Part shown: positions 53,571 to 63,269 of the stretch, one piece after another | Numbering within the stretch: the stretch's first letter is position 1 | Layout of the letters: the number at the start of each line of letters is the position of its first letter | Assembly (NCBI GenBank): GCA_001777665.1 | Contig: MFEQ01000004.1 | Coordinates: forward strand, 129,331-193,330 | From: Candidatus Doudnabacteria bacterium RIFCSPHIGHO2_02_FULL_42_25 | GTDB lineage: Bacteria; Patescibacteriota; Doudnabacteria; UBA920; O2-02-FULL-48-8 | Direction of reading: 5' to 3' | DNA length: 64,000 nt | Translations under genes and position numbers: made by a program | The notes under the pieces: generated by a model | What the model was told of the DNA's origin: nothing | Seen by the model: the letters and a program-made list of their open reading frames with translations, nothing else | Databases searched by the model: none

Positions 53571-53892
53571 ATCATACTTATTAGGATTTATACTTTCGAT
53601 CCTCCTGACAGTCGCAGCTTATTTATTAGTAGTGAACAACATGCTGTCGCAGGGGGTTCTGATCATCGTCATTCTGGCCCTAGCTGTCATCCAATTATGG
53701 GTGCAACTAATTATGTTTTTACATTTAGGCCAGGAAACTGGCCCGCGATGGAAATTGATTAGTTGGATCTCGACTGCCTCCGTCCTTTTGATTGTCGTTA
53801 TCGGTTCCATAGTGATTATGAACAATTTAAATTATCACGTGCCATCAGACCAAGAAATTATTGAAAATGAAGGAATACATCAATCTCACTAA
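53563..53892 (+). CDS. cyoD: quinol oxidase subunit IV
   Basis: YLLGFILSILLT, Q..VQL..FLH, GS..IM.NL. Confidence 0.9.
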   Translation: MFKSYLLGFILSILLTVAAYLLVVNNMLSQGVLIIVILALAVIQLWVQLIMFLHLGQETGPRWKLISWISTASVLLIVVIGSIVIMNNLNYHVPSDQEIIENEGIHQSH

Positions 53893-54718
53893 ACCTGGAA
53901 TAATTCTAGGCAACGCTGTCACCGCTGTTGGCGGATTTTTTCTTGCTTCTAAAGGAGATGTTGATTTTATTTTACTGATTTCAATGCTAGTCGGGTTATC
54001 GCTGGTCATCGCCTCTGCTTGTGTCCTGAACAACGTGTTTGATCGCGAGATCGACTCGAGGATGGAACGAACTAAAAACCGAGCAATTGTTACAGGATCG
54101 ATTTCCAAACCTAAAGCTTTAATTTTTGGAATCATCCTTTTGCTGCCTGGGCTAGCCCTTTTGTTTCTACATACTACATACTACACACTACTTGCTGCTT
54201 TGTTAGCTTGGTTTGTTTACGTCGCGATTTACACACCTCTCAAACCCAAAACGAGCCATGCTACACTGATTGGCAGTATTGCAGGAGCAAGTCCAGTTGT
54301 GGCCGGGTATGTGGCTGTAACGAACAAATTTGACCTCGGTGCTATTCTATTATTTGTCATCCTCGTCTCGTGGCAGATGCCCCACTTTTATGCGATTGCT
54401 CTCTATAGGTTACATGAATACAAAGCCGCGGGAATTCCTGTGCTCCCGATAGTTAAGGGTTTGTTTACGACCAAACTAGCTATGACGATCTATATTATAT
54501 TTTTCATCCTCGCCCTAAGCCTATTGACTGTCTTTAACTATACAGGTTACGTATATTTCGGGATTATGCTACTTCTGGGCCTGACCTGGCTTCGGAAAAG
54601 CATTCGGGGATTTTCACCTCAAATCGATACCACAATTTGGGCCAGGAATATGTTTAAATTTTCACTGATGGTTCTGTTGGCGTTTAGTATTATGATTTCT
54701 TTAAATCCTGTTGTATAA
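53867..54718 (+). CDS. cyoE: heme o synthase (protoheme IX farnesyltransferase)
   Basis: LTKPGI, NNVFDREID..MERTKNR, YTPLK, WQMPHF. Confidence 0.95.
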   Translation: MKEYINLTKPGIILGNAVTAVGGFFLASKGDVDFILLISMLVGLSLVIASACVLNNVFDREIDSRMERTKNRAIVTGSISKPKALIFGIILLLPGLALLFLHTTYYTLLAALLAWFVYVAIYTPLKPKTSHATLIGSIAGASPVVAGYVAVTNKFDLGAILLFVILVSWQMPHFYAIALYRLHEYKAAGIPVLPIVKGLFTTKLAMTIYIIFFILALSLLTVFNYTGYVYFGIMLLLGLTWLRKSIRGFSPQIDTTIWARNMFKFSLMVLLAFSIMISLNPVV

Positions 54719-54725
54719 TTTATTC

Positions 54726-55016
54726 ATGGCATTATTCACACACATTTCAATAGCAATACTAAGCCTGGTCTATACGGGATATCTTTATTATTCCCCGTCA
54801 AAAACGAAATTTTATATTACTTATATCCTGACAACGCTAGGTTTCATCACTGGTTTTTATTTAGTCTGGGGCAAGCCAGCTTATTTAATCAAGGCTTGTC
54901 TGGTAGGATTTGTTTATTTTGCAATTATTTTAGTAGGTATACTCGCAGCTAAGCATAAACAAAAACAAGCAGAAAAAAATCCTGACTTGATCGTCACTCC
55001 GACGATCAAGCAATAG
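54726..55016 (+). CDS. small membrane protein at the end of the cyo operon
   Basis: 3 TM helices, HISIA motif. Confidence 0.65.
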   Translation: MALFTHISIAILSLVYTGYLYYSPSKTKFYITYILTTLGFITGFYLVWGKPAYLIKACLVGFVYFAIILVGILAAKHKQKQAEKNPDLIVTPTIKQ

Positions 55017-55026
55017 TCAGGATTTT

Positions 55027-55683
55027 TTAAAGACTATTTAAAACACTCCTTGTTTTCGGTCCAATCCGGCCATAGCCTGTGGTGGCCTCATCACCACTAC
55101 AAACTATTTCTTTCGCACATTGAAATTTCCGCACCGCTTCCCGAGTCAGTGACCCGAAATACCTCGTTTCACTTCCTGGTGAGCCAGGACCAGAAACACT
55201 AATCGTAAATCCGGTTTTGTTTAAAATTTGTTGCAAAGTTAAAACTTGCGAACTGGTCATGCCCATACGCAAAATTGTCGTAATCGATCCTGTTACTGCC
55301 ACTGGAATAGGGCTCGGCGTGGAAACTTTGGGCAGGCAACCTTTCCAAGGATTGGTGCCACTATTCTCATACAAGTATCGGGTATAACGTAAATTACCAT
55401 CAATCGTCCTGACATCGAAACCCATCGCAGTTGCTTTCGGTGAATGAATCCTTTCTGCAATCTGAAAAATCCCGACATACGTTCCAGTTGGATCATAGAC
55501 TGGTGATCCATCTGCTTTGTATTGTCGAAATCCAGTTTCGCATCTGGCGATATCAATCATGATCGGCGCATCAGCAAAATAAAAACGCACCGCGTCTTCC
55601 ACGATAGCGTTGGGGTTGGTTTGAGCACTTACAGAAATAGGAGCGAAGATAGCAACTAAAACTATATATTTGATAAATTTCAT
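55027..55683 (-). CDS. secreted lytic-transglycosylase-like domain + peptidoglycan-binding domain
   Basis: IARCETG..GIFQI..N...LY..G..PW; V.TLQQILN..YFGSLTREAVRKFQ..GRIGPKTR. Confidence 0.75.
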   Translation of the reverse strand: MKFIKYIVLVAIFAPISVSAQTNPNAIVEDAVRFYFADAPIMIDIARCETGFRQYKADGSPVYDPTGTYVGIFQIAERIHSPKATAMGFDVRTIDGNLRYTRYLYENSGTNPWKGCLPKVSTPSPIPVAVTGSITTILRMGMTSSQVLTLQQILNKTGFTISVSGPGSPGSETRYFGSLTREAVRKFQCAKEIVCSGDEATTGYGRIGPKTRSVLNSL

Positions 55684-55813
55684 GCTCCGAAATTCTATCA
55701 AATTTAAACTCCGAACGGAAGCATTGACGATTCGGCGCTAATTTGGTAAACTAGTTGGAATATCCGGACACTCGCAACTCACGAACGAAAAAGTTTCAAG
55801 GAGGCCAATCGAA

Positions 55814-56509
55814 ATGCTGCTTCAGCAAATCGTCTATGACATGATGGGTTGGGGTATTACCATCGACATCGGAGTCCCCCTCTACATCAGCATCTGGACA
55901 CTGTTGCTCGCCCTGTTTCTGTTCTACGAAGCCAAGCGGTACATCTACCAACAACTCAAACCTCTCCGTACAGCTGTGTTCTTCAGTGAGAAAGGCATGA
56001 TCATCGGAGCAATCGTCGGATCCGTCCTGATGATTCTCTCGATCGCGGCTCACGAAGCCGGGCACGCCGTCGCGGCCAGCGCCTTCAACTTCCCTATTAC
56101 TGGCGCGGGGGTAACTGGCTGGGGTGCCTATGTTTCCTTGCCAGACGGGTATGCGAAGGGCACGCCGTGGGCAATGATTATTGTCTCCTTCGCCGGACCT
56201 ATCACGAATATTCTCCTCGCTCTGGTCTGCTACGTCATCGTGCGCTTGATGGATGAGTCGCTGGCGGAAAATACGATTCAGTTCGTGGCTCACATGAACT
56301 ACCGACTAGGGGTCTTCAACTTTGCACCGTTCATTGTTCTGGACGGAGGCAAGTTCGTCCTCGGAGTAATGCGACTGTTCTTCAGTGAGGACTTGGCCTT
56401 CACCATCACGATGACGATTTCGGGAGTGATGCTGGGTTGGTTCCTGTTCTTCCGCAAATCCGAAAAGGATTCCCGAAATTTCATCGAACGTGAGCTCGAG
56501 AAAGCCTAA
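55814..56509 (+). CDS. site-2 protease (M50 family)
   Basis: HEAGH, AGPITN, FNFAPFIVLDGG; SD AAGGAGG; promoter TTGACG-17-TAAACT. Confidence 0.88.
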   Translation: MLLQQIVYDMMGWGITIDIGVPLYISIWTLLLALFLFYEAKRYIYQQLKPLRTAVFFSEKGMIIGAIVGSVLMILSIAAHEAGHAVAASAFNFPITGAGVTGWGAYVSLPDGYAKGTPWAMIIVSFAGPITNILLALVCYVIVRLMDESLAENTIQFVAHMNYRLGVFNFAPFIVLDGGKFVLGVMRLFFSEDLAFTITMTISGVMLGWFLFFRKSEKDSRNFIERELEKA

Positions 56510-56584
56510 ACTCCCACCCCGACTAGTGGGTGTTCATGAGCGAATGGTTCTACCTTCGCTCTTTTTTTATTACCTTAACAATTA

Positions 56585-57100
56585 TTAACTGTTGAAAGCT
56601 TTTTCCAAATCAGAGATTACTAATTTCTTCATTTGGAGCATGGCTTGCATCGCTTTATCAGCTTTTTCTTTATTTGGATCAGTCAATAACTCTCCTAACC
56701 GTTTCGGTACTACTTGCCAGGAAAAACCGTATTTATCCTGGAGCCAGCCACATTGTTGAGCATTTGGATCACCGCCCTCACTCAATTTGGTCCAAAAATG
56801 ATCAACCTCTTCTTGAGTATCACAGCTTATTTCAAATGAGATAGCAGCGTTGGGTTTAAAAATAGGTCCGCCATCTAGTGCCATGAACTTTTGACCTTCC
56901 AGTTCAAAGATTGCTGTCAAAATTTTCCCTTCCAAACCATTCATGGGAAGATTTGGAACTGGTTTATCAGAATATCTTTGGATTAAAATAATTTTCGATT
57001 CGGACTTTTTCGCAGGATTAGTGTTGTAAATATTAATCCAATAATTAATTGCTTCCTCACACTTATTCTCGAACCATAAACATGGGGTTATTTTTTGCAT
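56585..57100 (-). CDS. VOC family protein (PhnB-like)
   Basis: MQKITPCLWF, FMALDGGP, QCGWLQDKYGFSWQV. Confidence 0.9.
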   Translation of the reverse strand: MQKITPCLWFENKCEEAINYWINIYNTNPAKKSESKIILIQRYSDKPVPNLPMNGLEGKILTAIFELEGQKFMALDGGPIFKPNAAISFEISCDTQEEVDHFWTKLSEGGDPNAQQCGWLQDKYGFSWQVVPKRLGELLTDPNKEKADKAMQAMLQMKKLVISDLEKAFNS

Positions 57101-57228
57101 AAAGTCCTTAATTTAATCATCTCAATAAATAATACATGAACTCAACGACGTTAGCAATTGTTTAAATAAATAAAAAAGAAACCTGCGCTACTTGTTAAGA
57201 ACTTTCGCGCAGATTTCAGGAGTCTGAC

Positions 57229-58356
57229 CTACTTTCGCAACACCAATGCGGCGATGTCGGGAAAGTGTTCGGTAAAGTCGCCGAAGATCTGGACGCCGAA
57301 CGCGTTCTCTGCGAACTTCCCCCAAGTGATCTTTTCTTTGAACCCGGCTCCAGAGTAGGAACCAAAGCTCATGGGAGAAGAATGGATCTCGACGAATCCC
57401 GCCCAGGGTTGAATCAGCCGCTCCTGTTCCCCGAGTGACTCCTCGAACAGATAATCCTTCTTCAGGTGTGGGACGACGCAGATCGGAAAATCAGCAGCAA
57501 TTCCGCCGCCAAGCTGCAGAAAGGCCAGCGGAGTTTGTTCGGCATTGTCCATGTACCACTCAGCCAGTCGGTGCATGTATCCAGCGCCATGCTGAACCAC
57601 GCCCATACTGATCGGCTCATCCTGCCGGTATTGCTTCAAGAACGGATGATCGCCGCGGTAGCAGTAATAGGTGAAGATATTCCCCATCGTGGAATCTTCC
57701 CATCCAGGGACAAAGACCTCAACGTTGTTTCGCATGGCGGTAAGCAGCCAGCAGTCATCCGGATTCGCACCCGGATCGTTGACGACGTCCCTTCGCTTCA
57801 GCACTCGAAAGAAAAATTCGTGCCACAAAAGCGATTCGCCTTTTTTCTGAGCTGCCCGCCATTCTGCCTCGAGCAATGGCAGAATTACACGGACTGATTC
57901 GTCTTCCGGAAGGAACGTATCCGTAATCCTGCGAAGGCCAGCATCGTCGAGTTCCTTCTCCTGCGCCCGAGTCAGTTCAGTGTAGTCCGGAATGTAGGCG
58001 TAGTTGGAATGAGCAAGTAGCCGGTAAAGGCTTTCTTCCAGATTCGCACCAGTCACGGAAATCCCAGTGATGAGGCCTGCTCGGATCATCTCACTGATCA
58101 TGATCCCCATCTGAAATGATGAGCCAGCGCCGGACATGGTCAGAAAGATCTTGCCGCCGTCGTCGCAATGCTGGCGCAACCACAGACCGGCATCGATCGT
58201 TTTACCACCGTTGCAGTGACGCTTGTTGTGTACCAAAAAGTTAGAGACGGGAGTCAGTGGATCGGGTTCATACTTACGTTCGCTCGTGATGATTTGCGCG
58301 CGCAATGCCGAACTTAAGGATGCGAGCTTCTCGACAAAAGTCGGGGTTTCAGACAT
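57229..58356 (-). CDS. deoxyhypusine-synthase-like protein
   Basis: TGANLEE, RITDT, PGWEDST.GN, GGGIAADFPICV, GSYSGA..EKITWGK. Confidence 0.85.
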   Translation of the reverse strand: MSETPTFVEKLASLSSALRAQIITSERKYEPDPLTPVSNFLVHNKRHCNGGKTIDAGLWLRQHCDDGGKIFLTMSGAGSSFQMGIMISEMIRAGLITGISVTGANLEESLYRLLAHSNYAYIPDYTELTRAQEKELDDAGLRRITDTFLPEDESVRVILPLLEAEWRAAQKKGESLLWHEFFFRVLKRRDVVNDPGANPDDCWLLTAMRNNVEVFVPGWEDSTMGNIFTYYCYRGDHPFLKQYRQDEPISMGVVQHGAGYMHRLAEWYMDNAEQTPLAFLQLGGGIAADFPICVVPHLKKDYLFEESLGEQERLIQPWAGFVEIHSSPMSFGSYSGAGFKEKITWGKFAENAFGVQIFGDFTEHFPDIAALVLRK

Positions 58357-58472
58357 TGTATGGTCCTCTTGTAAGTTGTAACAGTATGAAGAGTATAACA
58401 AAAAAACATTACATATTAAAACGATAATAATATATTGACAAACGATAGACTATAAGTTACTATGACCGCTCA

Positions 58473-59912
58473 ATGCAAAAAGCTTTATATATAATTTTAG
58501 TAAGTTTGGGTCTGGGTTTAATTTTCAATTTCTTATTTTTCGAGAAATTGATTGGAGTTTCTTTAATTATTTTCACTCTTATTCTGTTGGGTGCAGCAGC
58601 TTTACTCAGCTGGCAGCAATTGCAATTCCGAAAAATCTGGTGGATAATTACACTCATTGGCTTCTTTGCTCTGATGCCTAGTATTCGGACGAATGAATTT
58701 CTGACTTTCTTAAATGTCTGTGCCACTTTGGGTTTATTGATATTATTGGCTCATGAAGTGGCCGGGACCCCAACACTTTTGATGAAGTTGTGGGATTATA
58801 TTTTGATGATGGTTTTAGTCCCACTCGGAATGCTCCGAAGTGCCCTATCTACTATCAATCTGGCGAGCAAGATCCAGAGCAGTGATAAACAACATGAGAT
58901 GTGGCTTCGAGTGTTCAAAGGTGTGCTTATGGCAATACCTGCCTTGATTATCTTCGGAGCCCTGTTTTCCCAAGCTGATTTGGCTTTCTCTAAATTTCTT
59001 AGAAGTATTGTTGATATAAATATTTCGGAAAGAACAATCCAGTACTTAGTTCTACTCGCTTTTTCTTCAGTAGCATCCTTAAGTTTTCTGTCTTATGTTT
59101 TTACCGACAAACGAGATAAAGTTGAGTCACTGCAAACACAATCTGAATCAGCACCTGCAGGGAGAAATATCGAGATCATGGTCTTTTTGGGTCTCATCGC
59201 CACTCTATTTTTGGTGTTTATCGGATTCCAAGTCACTTACCTCTTTGGTGGTGAATCCAACATCGTGAACGCTGGATTCACTTACGCTGAATATGCCAGA
59301 CGAGGTTTCTTTGAACTACTGGCAGTAGCAATACTATCATTGGTCGTACTCCTAGCTTCCGAAAAATATTCCCACGCTGAATCTAAAAAAGATAAACGAT
59401 TTCTCATCACTGCCCTGATACTCATCGTCGAAGTTGGAGTAGTAATTTTTTCCGCATGCAAACGCCTGTCACTTTACATCGATGCCTATGGTATGACCTT
59501 ACTCCGCTTTTACGTCACTGGATTCATCATCTTGCTCTCAGTATTGTTTATCCTGCTTGCTATTAAATTTGTAAAATCAAAACGGGAACAGTTCTTCGTT
59601 TTTGGTATGTTGCTTTCTATCATCGGATTTTTAGTTACCATAAACTTGATCAATCCTGATACTTATATCGCCAAATCAAATATTGATCAATTCAACCGGA
59701 CCGGCAAAATCGACGTCAGCTACTTTCGAGAACTCTCCGCTGACGCAACGCCTTTAAAAATTGAACTCTATAACAAATTGACAGGTGAAGACAAAGCAGT
59801 CTTACAAGAATTACTCCTGAAAGAAAAAGATAAATTACGAAAAACTAGCACTGACTGGCAATCAGCAAACTTTTCTCGTGCTCGGGCTTTGAAAATATTA
59901 CAGGGATTTTAA
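58473..59912 (+). CDS. DUF4153/DUF4173 family polytopic membrane protein
   Basis: LFSQAD..F, TYAEYARRGFFEL, RLSLYIDAYGMT..R, LSADA. Confidence 0.85.
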   Translation: MQKALYIILVSLGLGLIFNFLFFEKLIGVSLIIFTLILLGAAALLSWQQLQFRKIWWIITLIGFFALMPSIRTNEFLTFLNVCATLGLLILLAHEVAGTPTLLMKLWDYILMMVLVPLGMLRSALSTINLASKIQSSDKQHEMWLRVFKGVLMAIPALIIFGALFSQADLAFSKFLRSIVDINISERTIQYLVLLAFSSVASLSFLSYVFTDKRDKVESLQTQSESAPAGRNIEIMVFLGLIATLFLVFIGFQVTYLFGGESNIVNAGFTYAEYARRGFFELLAVAILSLVVLLASEKYSHAESKKDKRFLITALILIVEVGVVIFSACKRLSLYIDAYGMTLLRFYVTGFIILLSVLFILLAIKFVKSKREQFFVFGMLLSIIGFLVTINLINPDTYIAKSNIDQFNRTGKIDVSYFRELSADATPLKIELYNKLTGEDKAVLQELLLKEKDKLRKTSTDWQSANFSRARALKILQGF

Positions 59913-59970
59913 GGAGACCTAACTTAGATTAATTGCTAATTTGAGCGATCGTCAAATTTAGCAAGTATTT

Positions 59971-60279
59971 TTATTTCAATTTTGATCGTCTAGCAAGTAC
60001 GGCTTGCACCGAGGGGCTTACTAGTTTATCTTTGCGATGAGAACAGCCATACCAACAGCAAGGTCTTCTCATCCCCTCTTTGAGTTCACTGCGAACCCGT
60101 TTGACATGATCTCTTCTGGTTTCTTCCCAAGTAACTGAAATCACCCAACAAATCCATTCGTTCCGGGCAAGTGGAGTTAGATCCTCCCATTTGGCCAAGG
60201 CTTTCGAATCAGAAGTCAGTTCCTTTCGTAAATCCGGAGGAACTTTGTGTACCGTACCGCTAGAAATCTGTTTAGTCAT
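59971..60279 (-). CDS. YdeI/OmpD-associated family protein
   Basis: VPPDL..W..LTPLARNEWICWV..ETR..R..L.EG.RRPCCW.GC.H. Confidence 0.85.
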   Translation of the reverse strand: MTKQISSGTVHKVPPDLRKELTSDSKALAKWEDLTPLARNEWICWVISVTWEETRRDHVKRVRSELKEGMRRPCCWYGCSHRKDKLVSPSVQAVLARRSKLK

Positions 60280-60283
60280 AATT

Positions 60284-60925
60284 TTATTTGTCCTTTAAGA
60301 TAGCCTCCCCTTTTACGAACCAAGAGATACCAAATAGGATGATAGCCAAAGATTCTAGCCAAAATACTGGTTGCCAATTAAAAATTAGTGAATCAACAGG
60401 CAAAAACGCAGTTAGAATAATCAGGGCGATACAAGTTAATATTCCGTAGCCGCACACTGTGTAAACCATATTGCGCTGGATTTTCTGTAGCGTTGGCTGT
60501 TGTTTGGGATTAGTTTTGCGAAATAACTTCAATGAATAAAAAGCCAGAGTCAAAAACAGACCCATGGCGAATACATAATGGAGTTGACCGATAAAAATTC
60601 GCAAAGTGTCGGCGTGCTGTGGACTAGTCGGAAATAAAGCTGTGCCGATGGCAAAAATAGTGCCAATTTTCCCCGCGACTTCATCTATCCATTCATAGCC
60701 ACGGTAAGACATCAGAAAAATACCAATCGCACAAAGACTTCCGACAAACACATCTCGCATTACAGTATAGTAATAAGCACTGATTGAAGACTCAATACCA
60801 GAATCCACTAGTATCGTTTTTCCAATAACCAAAACAAACGGAAGTAATATTCCGATCACTCCAATCGCTTTTCTTAAGCCCAGATAAGAAAGCACTAATG
60901 AATCATTTTGCGTCGAATGGCTCAT
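60284..60925 (-). CDS. DUF998-like membrane protein
   Basis: LRKAIG, SISAYYYT..RDVFVG, FPT, H..FA, E..F..SW.VKG. Confidence 0.75.
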   Translation of the reverse strand: MSHSTQNDSLVLSYLGLRKAIGVIGILLPFVLVIGKTILVDSGIESSISAYYYTVMRDVFVGSLCAIGIFLMSYRGYEWIDEVAGKIGTIFAIGTALFPTSPQHADTLRIFIGQLHYVFAMGLFLTLAFYSLKLFRKTNPKQQPTLQKIQRNMVYTVCGYGILTCIALIILTAFLPVDSLIFNWQPVFWLESLAIILFGISWFVKGEAILKDK

Positions 60926-61119
60926 TCTTAAATTTTAGCACAAAAAAAGACTAAGAGTTTAAACTTAATCTCTTGAGGTCTTTCTATAGGGCAGCAACAT
61001 TCTGCCACAACCACAGTTATCTCGATGATCCTCTCTCCACTTGGTTTTTTCTTCTTCAGAAGCATTTTCCGGAAAAGAATTTTTACTATGCCATTCTTTA
61101 TTCATACTACCAATAATTC

Positions 61120-61476
61120 TTATTTGTTGAGCTCGTCGAGTTTAACTGCAGCTTCTGGAGTCGAAACATCTTTGCCCATAAAGAATAGTTTGACGATAGC
61201 TAGAGCGATCAGCCAGTAAACGAACATAGCCAGTAGTGTTGTCCACTCCATGATGCTGCCTTGAATCTTAGTCATGTGAAATACACTCAAGAAAGGTGCG
61301 ACAAACGGTTGCGTGACTGTATAAATCGCATTCGTAAATCCAGCAGTAGGATTCGCTGCTAAAAACTTTAAAACAAATCGAAAAGCAAGAAGCACTTCAA
61401 GCAGACCTAAAACATACCAAACGACTTGAGTCCCTCGATAGAGGGGTTTGGTTCGAACAGAGTTAGATGATTCCAT
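61120..61476 (-). CDS. YggT family membrane protein
   Basis: LL.FRFVLKFL.ANP..F..IY..T.PFV.PF. Confidence 0.75.
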   Translation of the reverse strand: MESSNSVRTKPLYRGTQVVWYVLGLLEVLLAFRFVLKFLAANPTAGFTNAIYTVTQPFVAPFLSVFHMTKIQGSIMEWTTLLAMFVYWLIALAIVKLFFMGKDVSTPEAAVKLDELNK

Positions 61477-61883
61477 AAATTTTTCCTATATTAATTATTT
61501 TTCAATTCCGGCCTTTGACTAAAAAAACGACTCTAATTTTATAGACTCGTTCATAGGCACCCATATGGTTGATTCTCTCCTGCCCTATAGTTCTATAATA
61601 ATAGGACCAATAAGAGAATTACATGTTTCTGCGGTTCTACCTATAACCAGTATGGACCCTATTGGTACTCTTGTCAACACTGTGAGTTTGTCCATATCAC
61701 AACTTATCATTTAAGAATATGCTGAACTAAGGTCGGAACTCGATATTAAATAGAAAGACAAAATACCATGGATGATGTAAAAAAAGAAGATACGAAATCT
61801 AACCCCGCTACAGACTCGGTTACTAAATAGCGGATAGAAAAAATCCTGACCATCAGTCAGGATTTTTTCTTATTTTGCATACG

Positions 61884-62651
61884 TTAGCGCTTACGTTTTA
61901 GCTCTGCCAATATTTCTTCGTGCAAAAATCCGTTTGATGCGAGGATATTTGTTGTATTTTTCTTAATTGGGTTTCCATCAAAGTCTGTAACTTTTCCTCC
62001 TGCCTCGGTGACTATAAGCGATGGTGCAGCTATATCCCAAATATTAGTTTTTGCTTCCATGATAACTTCTAATTTTCCTTGTGCGAGTAGATGGTACATC
62101 CAACAATCACCCGATCCACGTCTGCCTCGAGCTTTTCTTGTAATGTTACTCAAGTTATCAAGATAGCCTTTATCTACAAAATAATTAAAATTACCAAATG
62201 TCACATAGGATTCTTCAAGGTTTCTTACTTTAGAGACTGAAACTGGTTTTCTATTGACGAATGCACCTTTGCCTTTCTCTGCATACATCAACTCTTTCAT
62301 TAAGGGTAAGTTACTTACTCCAAGTATAACTTCGTTATTATGAAATAAAGATATTAAGGTACCAAAAAGAGGAATACCCCGAGAATAATCTTTGGTTCCA
62401 TCGATCGGATCAATTATCCAAGTATATTCCGTGTTATTATTTTGTTGTCCTAATTCCTCCCCTAAAAAGGAATGGTCAGGAAATATTTTCTTAATTGTTT
62501 CAACAATAGTTTTTTCTGCAAGCTGATCTGCAATTGTAACAGGGCTGTTATCAGATTTTAGAGAAATTTTAATATCAGGAGAGAGGTATTCTAAAATTAT
62601 CTTTTCTGCGTTTTTTGCTGCTTCAATTCCGACTTCTAAATATTTACTCAT
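61884..62651 (-). CDS. inositol monophosphatase family (histidinol-phosphatase-like)
   Basis: PVTIAD, LGEE, WIIDPIDGT, WDIAA..EAGG. Start at ATG 62651. Confidence 0.92.
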   Translation of the reverse strand: MSKYLEVGIEAAKNAEKIILEYLSPDIKISLKSDNSPVTIADQLAEKTIVETIKKIFPDHSFLGEELGQQNNNTEYTWIIDPIDGTKDYSRGIPLFGTLISLFHNNEVILGVSNLPLMKELMYAEKGKGAFVNRKPVSVSKVRNLEESYVTFGNFNYFVDKGYLDNLSNITRKARGRRGSGDCWMYHLLAQGKLEVIMEAKTNIWDIAAPSLIVTEAGGKVTDFDGNPIKKNTTNILASNGFLHEEILAELKRKR

Positions 62652-62660
62652 GGTATTAAT

Positions 62661-63032
62661 ATAACAAAAAACACCAGCCTTGCCTACCGGCAGGCAGGCT
62701 TTCGCTAATGTGCTTCTGAAATTTTGAGCATAAAAATAACCTGTGCTACTCGTCCGTTGGGACTTCACGCAGGTTAATTCAATCGTAGTCGTTCGGTTTG
62801 AACACACCTGCACCGAACGAGGACAACTCGTCGTCCTCCTTTGTTCGACCACGGTCTTCCCGTTCCGAGGAATCGCTCTCGACCTTGGCATCGTCATCAA
62901 ACGAATGCGGTCTCAGAATACTTCCGCCGAGAGACGAGGGATCCCAGTCGTCTGCCTTATCGGTTTTTCGTCTTCTACGCACAAACCCTCCAATCAAAAA
63001 TATAATAACAAAAAACACTAGCTTTCGCTAAT
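62661..63032. repeat. 28-bp direct repeats (62661-62709 with a 21-bp palindrome inserted; 63005-63032 empty) flanking a GC-rich ORF
   Basis: ATAACAAAAAACACYAGC^TTTCGCTAAT. Confidence 0.75.
62779..63018 (-). CDS. acidic hypothetical protein (start uncertain)
   Basis: GC-rich ORF; GGAGG SD before an internal GTG. Confidence 0.35.
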   Translation of the reverse strand: MFFVIIFLIGGFVRRRRKTDKADDWDPSSLGGSILRPHSFDDDAKVESDSSEREDRGRTKEDDELSSFGAGVFKPNDYD

Positions 63033-63194
63033 TTTTTCTTTGCTAGCCACTAATTTTCCCAAATCTATACATATGTGAAAATTTGGGAAATTGCCTTTCT
63101 CGCTTCCCGCCTGCCGGCGAGGCAGGCAACCCGTTCGAATCCTACGCTCAAAGAAATAGAAAAAATCCCGACCGAATGGTCAGGAATTTTTCTT

Positions 63195-63269
63195 TGGCTC
63201 CGACGGTAGGATTCGAACCTACGACCTGGGGATTAACAGTCCCTCGCTCTACCGCTGAGCTACGTCGGA
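63195..63269 (-). tRNA. tRNA-Asn(GTT)
   Basis: TCCGACG/CGTCGGA acceptor, GGGA-CT-GTT-AA-TCCC, CCA. Confidence 0.95.

Noticed and set aside
55814-63032. Integron cassette array
   Set aside because: Genes lie in mixed orientation, there are no consistent attC RYYYAAC/GTTRRRY ends, and no IntI is present.
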